Both the position numbers and the translations under genes were made by a program. The notes beneath the pieces were generated by a model. It was not told the origin of the DNA and did no database searches. It saw only the letters and a program-made list of their open reading frames with translations. From Thermoanaerobaculia bacterium (GTDB taxonomy: Bacteria; Acidobacteriota; Thermoanaerobaculia; Multivoradales; J023): a stretch of 64,000 bases of DNA. Of the stretch, positions 45,455 to 56,500 are shown piece after piece (positions within the stretch are counted from its first letter, which is position 1; each line of letters starts with the position of its first letter). Where the stretch lies: the NCBI GenBank assembly GCA_030431255.1, contig JAUIJL010000034.1, forward strand, positions 5,909-69,908. The letters run 5' to 3'.

Positions 45455-47008
45455 ATGATGATTCTGGCGGTGGTTCTATTAGCGGCCGTCGTTGGATTGC
45501 AGCTTTATTACCTCGTGGTCCGTCGCTCGGCCCAGCAGGTGGTTCAGGATGCCGAAAGAAAGGCGTCGGAAATCACCCAGACCGCGCGGGAAGAGCGAGA
45601 GACCCGAATCCGCGAAGCGGATCTTCAAGCCAAGGAAAAGCTGCTTCAGGCGCGCAACGAATTCGAGAAGGTTTCGCGACAGCGCCGCTCGGAGCTCGAA
45701 ACCCTAGAGCGACGTCTGCAGCAAAAAGAGGATCGTCTCGACAAGCTGCAGTCGGAGCTGGCATCCCGCGACAAAGACGTCGGTGAGCTGGAGCGATCCC
45801 TGGGGCGTCAAGAGAAACATCTCGACCAACGCCAAGAAGAGCTCGATCGGCTGATCAAGGAAGAGCAGCATCATCTGGAGCAAATCGCCGGCCTGACCGC
45901 CCAACAGGCCAAAGACGAGCTGATCCGAGTGATGGAAAAAGAGGCGATGAACGACGCCGCTCACCTGGTCAAGCGTATTGAGGACGAAGCGCGGGAATCC
46001 GCCAACCGCAACTCCCAACGGATCTTGGCCAACGCCATCCAACGCAACGCCTCGGACTTCGTCTCGGAAACCACGGTTTCGGTGGTGCTGCTGCCCAACG
46101 ACGAAATGAAAGGGCGCATCATCGGCCGTGAGGGGCGCAATATCCGCGCCTTGGAAATGGCCACCGGCGTGGATCTAATTGTCGACGATACCCCCGAGGC
46201 GGTGATCCTCTCGGGATTCGACCCCTTCCGTCGCGAGATCGCTCGCGTGGCCCTGGAGCGGTTGATTTCCGATGGTCGAATCCACCCGGCTCGTATCGAA
46301 GAGGTGGTGGAGAAGACCAAAACCGAATTCGACCAACGGGTGCAACAAGAGGGCGAGTCCGCCCTGCTCGAGCTGAATATTCCGGACTTGCACCCCGAGC
46401 TGATCAAGTTGTTGGGCCGTCTGCGTTACCGCACCTCCTACGGCCAGAACGTGCTCAAACACTCGAAAGAGGTGGCCTATTTAGCGGCCACCATGGCCTC
46501 CGAGCTCAAGGCCGACGTGCACGTCGCCAAACGGGCCGGTCTGCTGCACGACATCGGCAAAGCAGTGGATCGGGAGATGGAAGGCTCCCACCTGGAGCTC
46601 GGCATCGATCTGCTGCGCAAATACGGCGAAACCGAAGAGGTCGTGCACGCCATGGCCTGCCACCACGGCGACTACGATCCGGAGACCGTGGAAGCGGTGT
46701 TGGTCACGGCGTCGGATGCCTTGTCGGCGGCTCGACCGGGTGCCCGTCGAGAGGTGTTGGAGAGCTACATCAAACGCTTGGAGAAGCTCGAGGACATCGC
46801 CCACAGCTTCAAAGGTGTGCAGAAGAGCTTCGCCATCCAGGCCGGCCGTGAGGTGCGGGTGATCGTGGATTCCTCCAAGATCACCGACGAGGACGCCATC
46901 TGGCTGTCGAAAAACATCGCCAAAAAGGTGGAGAACGAGCTCACCTACCCCGGTGAGATCAAGGTGACGGTGATCCGCGAGACCCGTTCGGTGGAATTGG
47001 CGCGCTGA
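45455..47008 (+). CDS. rny: ribonuclease Y
   Basis: N-terminal TM helix [19 protein letters not shown], coiled coil, KH domain ([15 protein letters not shown]) and HD domain ([10 protein letters not shown]). The start is taken at ATG 45455 rather than track 45341. Confidence 0.9.
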   Translation: MMILAVVLLAAVVGLQLYYLVVRRSAQQVVQDAERKASEITQTAREERETRIREADLQAKEKLLQARNEFEKVSRQRRSELETLERRLQQKEDRLDKLQSELASRDKDVGELERSLGRQEKHLDQRQEELDRLIKEEQHHLEQIAGLTAQQAKDELIRVMEKEAMNDAAHLVKRIEDEARESANRNSQRILANAIQRNASDFVSETTVSVVLLPNDEMKGRIIGREGRNIRALEMATGVDLIVDDTPEAVILSGFDPFRREIARVALERLISDGRIHPARIEEVVEKTKTEFDQRVQQEGESALLELNIPDLHPELIKLLGRLRYRTSYGQNVLKHSKEVAYLAATMASELKADVHVAKRAGLLHDIGKAVDREMEGSHLELGIDLLRKYGETEEVVHAMACHHGDYDPETVEAVLVTASDALSAARPGARREVLESYIKRLEKLEDIAHSFKGVQKSFAIQAGREVRVIVDSSKITDEDAIWLSKNIAKKVENELTYPGEIKVTVIRETRSVELAR

Positions 47009-47835
47009 TGTCGCGTGACTTCTATCAGGCCCCGGAGCGGGAGGGCACGGCTCGCATTCTCTTCGTGGGTGATGTGGTCGGTCGTCCCGGACGCCGTGTC
47101 TTGCAGCGATTGCTACAAGAGCTGATCGACGAGCGGCTGATCGACTACGTCATCGTCAACGTGGAGAACTCCGCCGGTGGCATCGGTGTGACCCCGGACG
47201 TGATCCGGGAATTCGACGCCTTGCCGATCCACTGCTACTCGTCCGGCAACCACATCTGGGACAAACGTGAAGGCCTGCCGCTGCTCGACAAACACGAGAA
47301 GCTGCTGCGGCCGGCCAATTATCCGGGCACCAACCCCGGCACCGGCCTGCACGTGGGCGAGACCGCCGCCGGTATCAAGGTCGCGACCTTGAACCTGGAG
47401 GGTCAGGTCTTCATGAAGAACTTGCACAGCCCCTTTGAGGTGGCGGAGCGAGTGCTCGAGGAGCTCGATGACGAGGTCAAGATCGTCATCGTCGACTTCC
47501 ACGCCGAGGCGACCAGCGAAAAGCAGGCCATGGGTTTCTTCCTCGACGGCAAAGTCAGCGCGGTCTTCGGCACCCACACCCACGTGCCCACCGCCGACGA
47601 GCGGATCCTGTCGGGCGGCACCGCGTTGATCACCGACGTCGGAATGACCGGCCCCTACGACGGCATCATCGGCTTCCGGGTCAAAGAGGTGCTCCAGCGG
47701 TTCGCCACCCAACGCAACGTATCTCTTCAGGTGGCGAAAAAAGATTTGCGATTGGCCGGCGCGGTGGTGGACGTGGATGTCGCCACCGGCCACGCCGTGG
47801 CCATCGAGCGCTTGCTGATTCCCGTCACCCTCTGA
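47008..47835 (+). CDS. ymdB: YmdB-like metallophosphoesterase (2',3'-cyclic-nucleotide phosphodiesterase family, TIGR00282)
   Basis: 275 aa with ILFVGDVVGRPG, VIVNVENSAGG, DFHAEATSEK and GTHTHVPTAD motifs. It overlaps the rny stop (ATGA). Confidence 0.85.
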   Translation: MSRDFYQAPEREGTARILFVGDVVGRPGRRVLQRLLQELIDERLIDYVIVNVENSAGGIGVTPDVIREFDALPIHCYSSGNHIWDKREGLPLLDKHEKLLRPANYPGTNPGTGLHVGETAAGIKVATLNLEGQVFMKNLHSPFEVAERVLEELDDEVKIVIVDFHAEATSEKQAMGFFLDGKVSAVFGTHTHVPTADERILSGGTALITDVGMTGPYDGIIGFRVKEVLQRFATQRNVSLQVAKKDLRLAGAVVDVDVATGHAVAIERLLIPVTL

Positions 47836-47931
47836 TTCTCAGCCTCGGTTCGTTGTGCGCGGTAGATTTCGCTTGGTTTGACATTCCCGATGGAGCCGGG
47901 AACAATTTCGTCAAATCTAGAGGAGAATTCC

Positions 47932-49341
47932 ATGAGCGATGCGAAAAGCCGCAAGATGCCCCTGCACACCAAGATTCTGATCGGAATGGCCGTGGGCATC
48001 GTGCTCGGATTGCTCGTGGGACCGAATTCCATGATCTTGCCCGAAGAAGGCACCTTCTCCGGTGAGGTCTTCGGTCAACGGCTGATCGATTGGACAGATT
48101 GGATCGGCCAGCTCTTCTTGCGCTTGATCAAGATGGTGGTGGTGCCGTTGGTGTTCTTCTCCCTGGTGGTCGGAGTCGCGTCCCTCGGCGATTTTCGCAA
48201 GCTCGGGCGGATCGGCGGACGCACCTTGGGTTTCTTCCTCGGGACCACGGTTGCGGCGTTGGTGATCGGTTTGACCCTGGCCAACCTCGTCGGACCGGGC
48301 AAATTGGTCGGCGAAGAGGATCGAGCTTTTCTGCTCTCCTCCTACGAGGAGTCTGCCACCGACAAAATCAACAGCGCGGCCGCGGCACCCAGCTTCTCCG
48401 AGCAATTGGTCGGCATGGTGCCCACCAATCCGCTCACCGCCCTCTCCCAGGGCAATATGCTGCAGATCATCACCTTCGCCCTGCTCTTGGGCATCGCCTT
48501 GACTTTCCTGCCCGGGGATCGAGCCCAGCCGGTGGTCGATCTCTTCGATCGCCTGAACGATGCCATGGTGATTTTGGTGCACATGGCCATGGCGCTGGCC
48601 CCTTACGGCGTGGCTGCCCTGCTCTTCAAAGTCGTGGGCACCACCGGATTCTCGGTGCTATTGGCCCTCGGCGCCTACACCTTGGTGGTGGTCGCCGGGC
48701 TCTTGATCCACCTGACGCTGGTCTACGGATCGGTGGTGCAATTCGCCGTCAAGCTGTCTTTCCTGAAATTCCTCGGCGCGTTGCGAGAGCCGTTGTTGGT
48801 GGCCTTTTCGACCTCATCGTCCTCCGCCACCCTGCCGGTGACCAAAGAGGCCTGTGAGCAGAACATTCGCGTCAGCCCGCAAATGACCAGCTTCGTCTTG
48901 CCGATCGGTGCCACGGTCAATATGGACGGCACCGCCCTCTACCAAGGTGTGGCCGCGGTCTTTATCGCCCAGATTTACGGCATGCAGCTCAGCCTCACCG
49001 ATCAATTGCAGGTGGTGCTCTCGGCCACCCTGGCGTCTATCGGCGCCGCCGGGGTGCCCGGCGCGGGCATGATCACCCTGGTGTTGGTATTGACCACCAT
49101 CGGGGTGCCCGCCGAAGGTGTCGCTCTGATCCTCGGGGTCGACCGCCTGCTCGACATGTTCCGCACCTCCGTCAACGTGACCGGCGATTCCACGGCGACC
49201 TGCCTGATGGCGGCCCTCGAAGGTGAGGATCTGAAAATCCTCAGCGATTCCGAGGACATGGCCGATCCCGACCACGGCTTCGAGGGACGCCTCGAAGGCG
49301 GTCCCCATCCCATCTCGACCGAGCCCGGTCTGGGCGACTGA
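47932..49341 (+). CDS. dicarboxylate/amino acid:cation symporter (DAACS, GltP/DctA-like)
   Basis: AGGAGAA RBS before ATG 47932. Conserved DAACS segments are SSSATLP, NMDGTALYQ and AAGVPGAGMITL. Confidence 0.85.
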   Translation: MSDAKSRKMPLHTKILIGMAVGIVLGLLVGPNSMILPEEGTFSGEVFGQRLIDWTDWIGQLFLRLIKMVVVPLVFFSLVVGVASLGDFRKLGRIGGRTLGFFLGTTVAALVIGLTLANLVGPGKLVGEEDRAFLLSSYEESATDKINSAAAAPSFSEQLVGMVPTNPLTALSQGNMLQIITFALLLGIALTFLPGDRAQPVVDLFDRLNDAMVILVHMAMALAPYGVAALLFKVVGTTGFSVLLALGAYTLVVVAGLLIHLTLVYGSVVQFAVKLSFLKFLGALREPLLVAFSTSSSSATLPVTKEACEQNIRVSPQMTSFVLPIGATVNMDGTALYQGVAAVFIAQIYGMQLSLTDQLQVVLSATLASIGAAGVPGAGMITLVLVLTTIGVPAEGVALILGVDRLLDMFRTSVNVTGDSTATCLMAALEGEDLKILSDSEDMADPDHGFEGRLEGGPHPISTEPGLGD

Positions 49342-49356
49342 TTTCTCTGGATCGAA

Positions 49357-49986
49357 TCACGATCCGCCGGCGGGGCTGAACGAGGTGATTTCGATGCAGA
49401 TAGGGCTCGTTTTCTGCCCACAGCCCGAGCTGGATTTTGCTTTGGAGCTGCCCACCAAGGGAATCTGATGCCGACGGCTCCATTCGGTGACTTCCCGTAG
49501 GGCTCGCTGCACGTTGGCGACGGTCGGCCTGCTGATGGACCAAGGCCCCCGGTAGCTGAACCGACCGGCGCGGGCGACAATCACCAAAACCGGCGGCCAG
49601 AATTTGGCCAACAGGCCTGCAGCCAGGGCCAGAGCTCCGTAGCCCATGGCGGTGATAGGGCTCGACATCGAAACCAGGGCCAGCACACCGAATATCGTCG
49701 CGCCACATGCGGTGGCGATGCGCTGAAACGGGCGGTGAGGTCGGGCTCGAACCTCGAGAATGTCCTCTAAGGGCGCCCTCGAGGTGACGAAACCCCGTTC
49801 CATGCCCACGGATTGCGGGCTCCAGGGTCGTCGTTGGACCCAAAGGGCGCCGCGATTGCTGAGGGTCATCACCGCGTCGAGACCTGCGCGGTCGAAGTGT
49901 CTGAAAAGAAAGCAGACCTGCTCGACGCCTTGGTCGGAGGGCTGTGGTTGTGTTGTCGGCTCGGAAGTCGTAGTGGGCTGATTCAT
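49357..49986 (-). CDS. hypothetical membrane protein
   Basis: ORF-track 230-aa frame. A likely start is at MNQPTTT..., with two hydrophobic segments. No recognisable family; the weakest CDS call in the window. Confidence 0.3.
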   Translation of the reverse strand: MNQPTTTSEPTTQPQPSDQGVEQVCFLFRHFDRAGLDAVMTLSNRGALWVQRRPWSPQSVGMERGFVTSRAPLEDILEVRARPHRPFQRIATACGATIFGVLALVSMSSPITAMGYGALALAAGLLAKFWPPVLVIVARAGRFSYRGPWSISRPTVANVQRALREVTEWSRRHQIPLVGSSKAKSSSGCGQKTSPICIEITSFSPAGGS

Positions 49987-50136
49987 GATGATCTCCTGCT
50001 GCCTAGTCTTGGGTTGGGCCCGCCGCGACGGGTCGCGGTGGCCCTTCACCCATAGAGCGCGATAGGAGGCGGTTTTAGATCATCTGAAACGAAAAAATCT
50101 CGTCGAGGCCCCGATCATGGATCACAGAGTCGTGGT

Positions 50137-51228
50137 CTAACCTTCAGAAGCAGCCATCGCCCGCTGACGCAGCATGTGATCGGCGAGGGTGAGGGCCATC
50201 ATGGCTTCGGCCATGGGCACGAATCGTGGCAGCAGGCAGGGGTCGTGTCGACCTTTGGTGGAAATGGTGGTGGCCTCGCCGTCTTGGGTGACGGTGGGTT
50301 GCTCCATGGGAATCGAGCTGGTGGGTTTGACCGCGCATCGCAGGACGATGGGCGTGCCGGAAGAGATGCCGCCCAACATGCCGCCGTGGCGGTTGCTGTC
50401 GGTGGTGATGCGTCCGCCGCGATAGACGAAGTGGTCGTTGTTTTCACTGCCGCGGGCGGTGGCGACCGCGAAGCCGGCGCCGTATTCCACCCCGACCACC
50501 GCCGGTAGGCTGAACATGGCTTTACCCAGGTCCGCCTTGAGCTTGTCGAAAACCGGCTCTCCCCATCCGGGAGGCACGCCGGTGGCGACCACCTCCGCCA
50601 CGCCACCGATGGAATCCCTCTCGCTACGCACCCGTTCGATCAGCTCGATCATCTGATCGGCGGCTTTGGCATCGGGGCAGCGCACCATATTCGCCTCGAC
50701 CTGGTCGAGGCTGATGTTGGCGGGATCATTGATGGAGGCGCGGATGTCGCCCACTTGCACGACATAACCCAAGACCTCCACACCGACCGAGGCGAGCAGC
50801 TTCTTGGCCACCGCGCCGGCGGCCACCCGCACGGTGGTCTCCCGGGCGCTCGACCGGCCACCGCCGCGATAGTCGCGAAAGCCGTATTTGGCGTCGAAGG
50901 TGTAGTCGGCGTGGCCCGGTCGATACTTCTTCTGGATGTCGCTATAGTCCCGGGAGCGCTGATCCGTGTTCTCGATCAGGATGGCGATCGAGGTGCCGGT
51001 GGTTCGGCCTTCGAAGACCCCGGAAAGAATGCGTGGTTGGTCGGCTTCTTTGCGCTGGGTGACGATGCTCGACTGGCCGGGCCGACGGCGGGCCAAGTCG
51101 GGCAGAAGATCGTCCACCGACAGCTCGAGACCGGACGGCACGCCATCGATGATGACCACGTTTCCCGGTCCATGGCTCTCACCCGCGGTGGTAATGCGGA
51201 ACGAATGACCCCAAGTATTGCCTGGCAT
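50137..51228 (-). CDS. aroC: chorismate synthase
   Basis: 363 aa with GESHGP, GRSSARETTVRVAAGA and GGISSG motifs. Confidence 0.95.
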   Translation of the reverse strand: MPGNTWGHSFRITTAGESHGPGNVVIIDGVPSGLELSVDDLLPDLARRRPGQSSIVTQRKEADQPRILSGVFEGRTTGTSIAILIENTDQRSRDYSDIQKKYRPGHADYTFDAKYGFRDYRGGGRSSARETTVRVAAGAVAKKLLASVGVEVLGYVVQVGDIRASINDPANISLDQVEANMVRCPDAKAADQMIELIERVRSERDSIGGVAEVVATGVPPGWGEPVFDKLKADLGKAMFSLPAVVGVEYGAGFAVATARGSENNDHFVYRGGRITTDSNRHGGMLGGISSGTPIVLRCAVKPTSSIPMEQPTVTQDGEATTISTKGRHDPCLLPRFVPMAEAMMALTLADHMLRQRAMAASEG

Positions 51229-53569
51229 GATGCATATCTATCAGACGAAGGGCGGCAGGTCACTGGTCATTGGGCGATCTCTGTCCGTGGTCCTCAGCCT
51301 TGGAGCTTTATTTCTGGGCTTGGTCGCATGTGGTCCCGAGCCCGAGATGATCGAGCTCGACCGCTTGGCCGAGGGATTGGCCACGGCGGAGATCCATCGG
51401 GAGCTTCCGATCCTCGATTTGGGTGAGCCCTGGGCCCGTAAGCACCTGGGACGCGGTTGGTCGTGGGACGCCGCGTCCGCGGACGGAACGAGCTACGTTT
51501 GGGTCGACGGTGAGCAGGCGGAGGTTGACCTCTTTCTCGCTTGGGGTCGAGAGCTGGAGATCTCGGCCCGTTGTTTGGCCTTCAGCTTTCCGGATGCTCC
51601 ACCGCAGCAGGTGACCTTCGAATGGGATGGACATGCCCTGGGCGAAGCGACGTTTCCCGGCGGCGGCTTCGCTGAATTCGCATTCAAGGTGCCGTCGGAG
51701 CTGGCCGGTCCGGGATTACATCATCTGACCCTGAGCGGCACCTACGCGCAAAAAGTGAGCGAGGTTCTGAGCAGTGAGGATCCTCGGTCCCTATCGTTCG
51801 CCTGCGACTGGATCCGCCTGAGCGACGGCCCTGAGCCCGAGACGGCCCGGGGAGAAGGGGACACCCTGTGGATTCCTTCCGGGGTCGAGGTCGCCTATTT
51901 TCTCGAGCCCAGCTCAGACGTGACTTTGGCGTGGGAGCAGCTTTCTTGGCGGACCGGGAGCGCCGATGCCGATCCAGAAAGCCCTACGAATGCGGTGCTG
52001 TCCGTGGTCTGGCAGGTGGAAGGGGAGGCGGCGCAGGTCACCGAGCTGACCGAGCTCGATCATCGGGGTGCCGACCATCAGGCGGCTGGCTCCGTGACCC
52101 TGCCCGTGAAGGCGGACGAGCCGACGCCGGCCCGGTTGGGGCTGCGGGTCTCGACCCGAGCCGGCTCGGGCGGGGTGGTGTTGAAACAACCCAGAATTCT
52201 TATGCCGTCCGGTTCGGAGCCATCGCAAGCGCACCCAAGCGAAAAACCGCCGGAGCTTGCGGCCCGAGCCGATGTCAGGGAGCCGTCAGCCGCTCCACCG
52301 ATCCTCATCTGGGTGGTGGACACCCTGCGAGCCGACCGCTTGGGTCTATACGGCCATGATCGTCCGATCTCACCGCACTTCGACGCCCTGGCCGCGCGCT
52401 CGACGGTCTTCGAGCGAGCCGTCGCCCAATCGTCATGGACCCGGCCGACCATGGCGACCCTATTGACCGGAGTCGGCCCCGAGCGGCACGGAGTCCAGGG
52501 CATCGAAGATGGTCTAAGCCCCTCGTTTGAAACCCTGGCGGAGCACTTTCAGCAATCGGGTTACGCCACCGGAGGATTCTCCACCAACGGCAATTTCAGC
52601 CCGGATACGAATCTCGACCAGGGATTCGATCGCTTCGAGTACCAAGTGGTCGACGCCGACCGAATCACCGAGCGTATGCTCGCGTGGCTCGACGAGCTTC
52701 GAGCCAAGGGAGATAGCCGTCCGCCGCTGATGGTCGTGCTGACCACCGAGCCCCATGCCTCCTTCGAGCCGGCCGAGCCCTTCCGCGCCCGTTTTGCCCC
52801 AGGCGTCGATGATCCGTGGTTAGGCACCAACGAGCACATCCGAGCCTTAGGCGACAAAAAAGCCCCGGCCACGGATGAGGTGGTGGAGCAGCTCTTCCAG
52901 CTCTACGACGCAGAGATCGCGTGGAACGATCATGCTTTCGGCGCCCTCCGGAGCTCCCTGGCGGACCGCGGCCTCGACCCACTCATCGTGGTCGTGGCAG
53001 ACCACGGGGAGGCCTTCCACGAGCGCGGCGCCTTCGGCCACGGCTGGGATCTCCACCGAGAAGTGCTGCACATCCCGTTTTGGATCCACCTTCCGGGTCA
53101 ACAAGAGGGCACCCGAATCACCCGTCCCGTGCAACAAGCGGATCTGCTGCCGACCCTTCTGGATTGGGTCACCGGGAAGCGCCCATCAGATCTCGACGGT
53201 GAAAGCTTGGCGGATCTGCTGGCTCGGCCGGGTGGCAAGGACGATTCCAGCATCGAGCGCATCGATCCCGACCGTCTCCTGGTGTCGACCATGGACTACG
53301 AAGGCCGCAAAGGCGCGTCGTTGATACGCGGTCGCTACAAGCTGATCGTGCCCCTCAGCCCGGGCTTCGCGGCGGGGCGAATGCTCTTCGATCTCCAGAA
53401 CGATCCCGAAGAGCGACATGACCTGAGCCGGGAACGCCCCATCCTGACGGGTTGGCTCGCCCAGCTCTTGAGGGAGTATTTGGCGACTCAAACCGCCGTC
53501 GAAGCGGAAGAGGTCGAGCTCGAGCCCGAGACCCGTGAGCAATTGGAGGCTTTGGGTTATCTGGGGTAG
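51218..53569 (+). CDS. secreted sulfatase-family protein
   Basis: 783 aa with signal/TM MHIYQTKGGRSLVIGRSLSVVLSLGALFLGLVAC. The sulfatase core is ILIWVVDTLRADRLGLYGHDRPISPHFDALAARSTVFERAVAQSSWTRPTMATLLTG, and the C-terminal region is sulfatase-like. Confidence 0.7.
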   Translation: MPGMMHIYQTKGGRSLVIGRSLSVVLSLGALFLGLVACGPEPEMIELDRLAEGLATAEIHRELPILDLGEPWARKHLGRGWSWDAASADGTSYVWVDGEQAEVDLFLAWGRELEISARCLAFSFPDAPPQQVTFEWDGHALGEATFPGGGFAEFAFKVPSELAGPGLHHLTLSGTYAQKVSEVLSSEDPRSLSFACDWIRLSDGPEPETARGEGDTLWIPSGVEVAYFLEPSSDVTLAWEQLSWRTGSADADPESPTNAVLSVVWQVEGEAAQVTELTELDHRGADHQAAGSVTLPVKADEPTPARLGLRVSTRAGSGGVVLKQPRILMPSGSEPSQAHPSEKPPELAARADVREPSAAPPILIWVVDTLRADRLGLYGHDRPISPHFDALAARSTVFERAVAQSSWTRPTMATLLTGVGPERHGVQGIEDGLSPSFETLAEHFQQSGYATGGFSTNGNFSPDTNLDQGFDRFEYQVVDADRITERMLAWLDELRAKGDSRPPLMVVLTTEPHASFEPAEPFRARFAPGVDDPWLGTNEHIRALGDKKAPATDEVVEQLFQLYDAEIAWNDHAFGALRSSLADRGLDPLIVVVADHGEAFHERGAFGHGWDLHREVLHIPFWIHLPGQQEGTRITRPVQQADLLPTLLDWVTGKRPSDLDGESLADLLARPGGKDDSSIERIDPDRLLVSTMDYEGRKGASLIRGRYKLIVPLSPGFAAGRMLFDLQNDPEERHDLSRERPILTGWLAQLLREYLATQTAVEAEEVELEPETREQLEALGYLG

Positions 53570-53594
53570 GTGGCTAGTCTACTGAGACATTCGA

Positions 53595-56500
53595 TCACGC
53601 TTCGGTACTACCGATAAGCCCGACATCCCCTTCGACAAAGTCTCGCCTGACGAGGCGTTCCTCACCGGCAATCTCTACGAGAGCTGCGAGCAGATCGGGG
53701 CGCATTACAACACCACAGCCAAAAGTCCGAGGCCACGCCAAATAGCGATCACTGACGTCATACTCTGCTCGCCAAGTCACGAGCGCGAGGGCTGGGCCGG
53801 AGTCATCCTCGTAGACAAAAGGGTCCCCGGGCGATAACCCAAGTGGCGCTAGGAGCGGTGCGGTAGGCGAGAGCAGCGAATCAGGCACACCGAGGCCCAA
53901 GCGACCATCACCTACCATTTCCAGCTCAGTGTCAATTCCAAGGAGAGGCTGAGACGAGCCAAAGGGTCGCCCACCTGCAGCTTGGTTGATCTCTGCTCTC
54001 CACCAGCGAATGTCGCCTCGTGTCACCGGCGGCAGAGTCAAGGCCTGTCGGTCGTTCAAATTACGGACTTCAAGAATTTGGAATCGAGTTGAATCAAGAA
54101 TGTTTTTGCTACGCCAATCCCGTGGTTTCGACCTGCGTCTCTCGAAAGTTCCGAGCCAGTACCAATTTCGATATGGACCGCTCGTCACGGTCGGTAGCTC
54201 GGAGATGGGGGCCAGCGTCAACGTTGCGAACAGACGGCCCTCTGTACTGGAGGCAGCTTCTATATTGTGGCTAGTGTCGCCCGAGATCCACTCCTGAATT
54301 CTTTTCCATAGCTCGTCTCCGAGCCCCGGTGGAGGCTGCAAAAAAGGTCGCGGGACTCGGCGAGCTTCGAGTAAAAGTGGCACGATTGGATCATCGAGCA
54401 GAGCTGACGCTAGGTAGTCTTCCCATTGAGCTGGATCCGTGACGAGCTCGCCCGCCACGAGCTTTGCCGCGCGACCACCGGCTGCGACGGTTTGTAGAAT
54501 TTCTTCCAGTGTTTGCTCGTGCGTGAGGAAGGCGTCTGGGCAACGCATAAGCGCTTGATCGCCGAGGTTTCTTAGCTGCTGCTGGAGTCGTTTTTGGAGG
54601 TAGTCGTTCTTTCGCGCATTTACCGCCCGCGTGCAAACGGCCTCATACAATCCTTCTAACATCGATTCGGCACGCTGAGCGCGGACTGCTACGGACTTGA
54701 GGAGAAGCTCTGGAGCTGGCGAATTGTCATCGTCTCCATTCGCCGGTTCCGGGGTCCAAAGGACTTGTGAAGGTTCGCGCAATAGAGCCTTGTCGGGCGA
54801 GGTGGGAGCAACGAGCGGGGGCGGCTCGCCCGTGATCATGCGTCGAGCAAGGGCACGTACCGTCAGGTGGTCGCGGCTCGACAGCTCCCGAAGCACATCT
54901 TGGCAGGCCTCGATCACTGAAGCCGCTGAAGATCCTGATGATTCGAGCAAGCTAAGTAGCCAGGAGAGTGTCGCAGGATCTGAAATCTGATCGAGCACGG
55001 CGGGAAGCACTCGCTCACAGACGGCCGGTCGCTCCTTGAGCAGCAGATGAGTCGCTAGGAATGCACGTCGCTTCTTCTCGCGACCCGCGTGTGCGATTCC
55101 GGCGATGGCAGCCAAAGCGAATGCCTCTTCGAGAGTGTTGGGCATCGGTGTCGCGACACCCGCGAGTGGAGGCTCATAGGGGATAGCAGGATCGTCGGAG
55201 TCGGCTACGCGGGGCGCCCTTGAGTTGATGACGTCGAAGGCTTCGTCCCACGCGCTGAACGCAAGGTCCGAATGCGTTTCATCGTCGGTGGATAGGGCTC
55301 CCACAACAAGCGCGTGAATGATTGCCTGGGAAATTCCATAGGTCCCAAAGCGAGAAGAAGAAACTCTTAGCTCGATCTCTTCAGCTACTAGAGCCCCAGC
55401 TGTCCCGGCATCCAGATCCATTGCCTGATTGAGTGCTTCTATTTCCGTTTCGCCACCGAATGCCAACCACCCCTCATGTCCACGAGTACGAGTCCATGTG
55501 AGCGAAAAGGCGATAGCGGCGAGCTTCACCTCTCCATGTCGTTGAAGCCCCTCTGCAATGGACCGCAAGATGTTGACCCTCTCTCCAAGGCCCGCCGATG
55601 CATCGGCCAAAGACCACAGAGCTGAGCGTGCGTCATCGAATCGGTTTTCAGCCAAAAGCTCAACCAACCGATAGCCGATGGCGTTGGCGAATCGCTCGGT
55701 TTCCCACTCTGGGGAGGCAACGTCATATGGTCTACTGCGCCAAGCTCTAATAGCCTGCGCAAGACCTGCCGAGCCAATCGGAAAATTGACGACTGGGTTT
55801 ACCTCCAGCTTTGTGGTTCCAGCTCTCGCTCTGGAGTAGCTCTCTCCGTCATCGCTTTCCTTTGAAGCGGTCTTACTGCGAACGGCTGAAATACTGGGAA
55901 GGTCGAGCTTTTCTGCGATGGAGTTGAGATTTTTGACATGTTGGTTGTCTTTCTCAAGCAGCTTGTCGCTATTCGAGTAAGGGTAAGACACGGACCGCTC
56001 GTCTATGCGTGCCAGCAGCAGCGTGAGCAGCTGCCGCCCCTCGGGTCCATCGGCCTCGGCAAGCCGCTCCAGTTGTTTCGGATCTGAGGGATCCAGTGGT
56101 GTGTCCAGGGTCAGGCGAAGGACGCCGGCAACCATCGGATCGGCATCTCTAAACCACTCGCGCCAAACATCCTCCAGTGCTTCGTTCAGGACTGAGTTCG
56201 GGTCGTTGCATTCCCTGAGAAGAGTGGGGACAACCAAGTGAGCCAAAGCCTTGGGATCTGCCTTGGCTAGAAGAGACCACCATCTGGGTATGGCGTGCCC
56301 GGTTTCTTTTCGATTGGTGTGTCGTAGCACTCGCTCGCATAGCGCCTGAACACGAGCTACCCGCAGACACGCCTTGGCCCGGTCCTTTACGATCAAATTT
56401 GGAAGGGGATCGAGCAGCTCAAAGATCGTGATGTCTTTATGCCGACCATAGCCTGCGAGGAGCGCGCAGGACTCTTGCCAAAGCCTCTCTGCCTCTTGGC

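Noticed and set aside
53986-54297. Two small plus-strand ORFs
   Set aside because: They are antisense within the giant STAND gene; no RBS or motifs.
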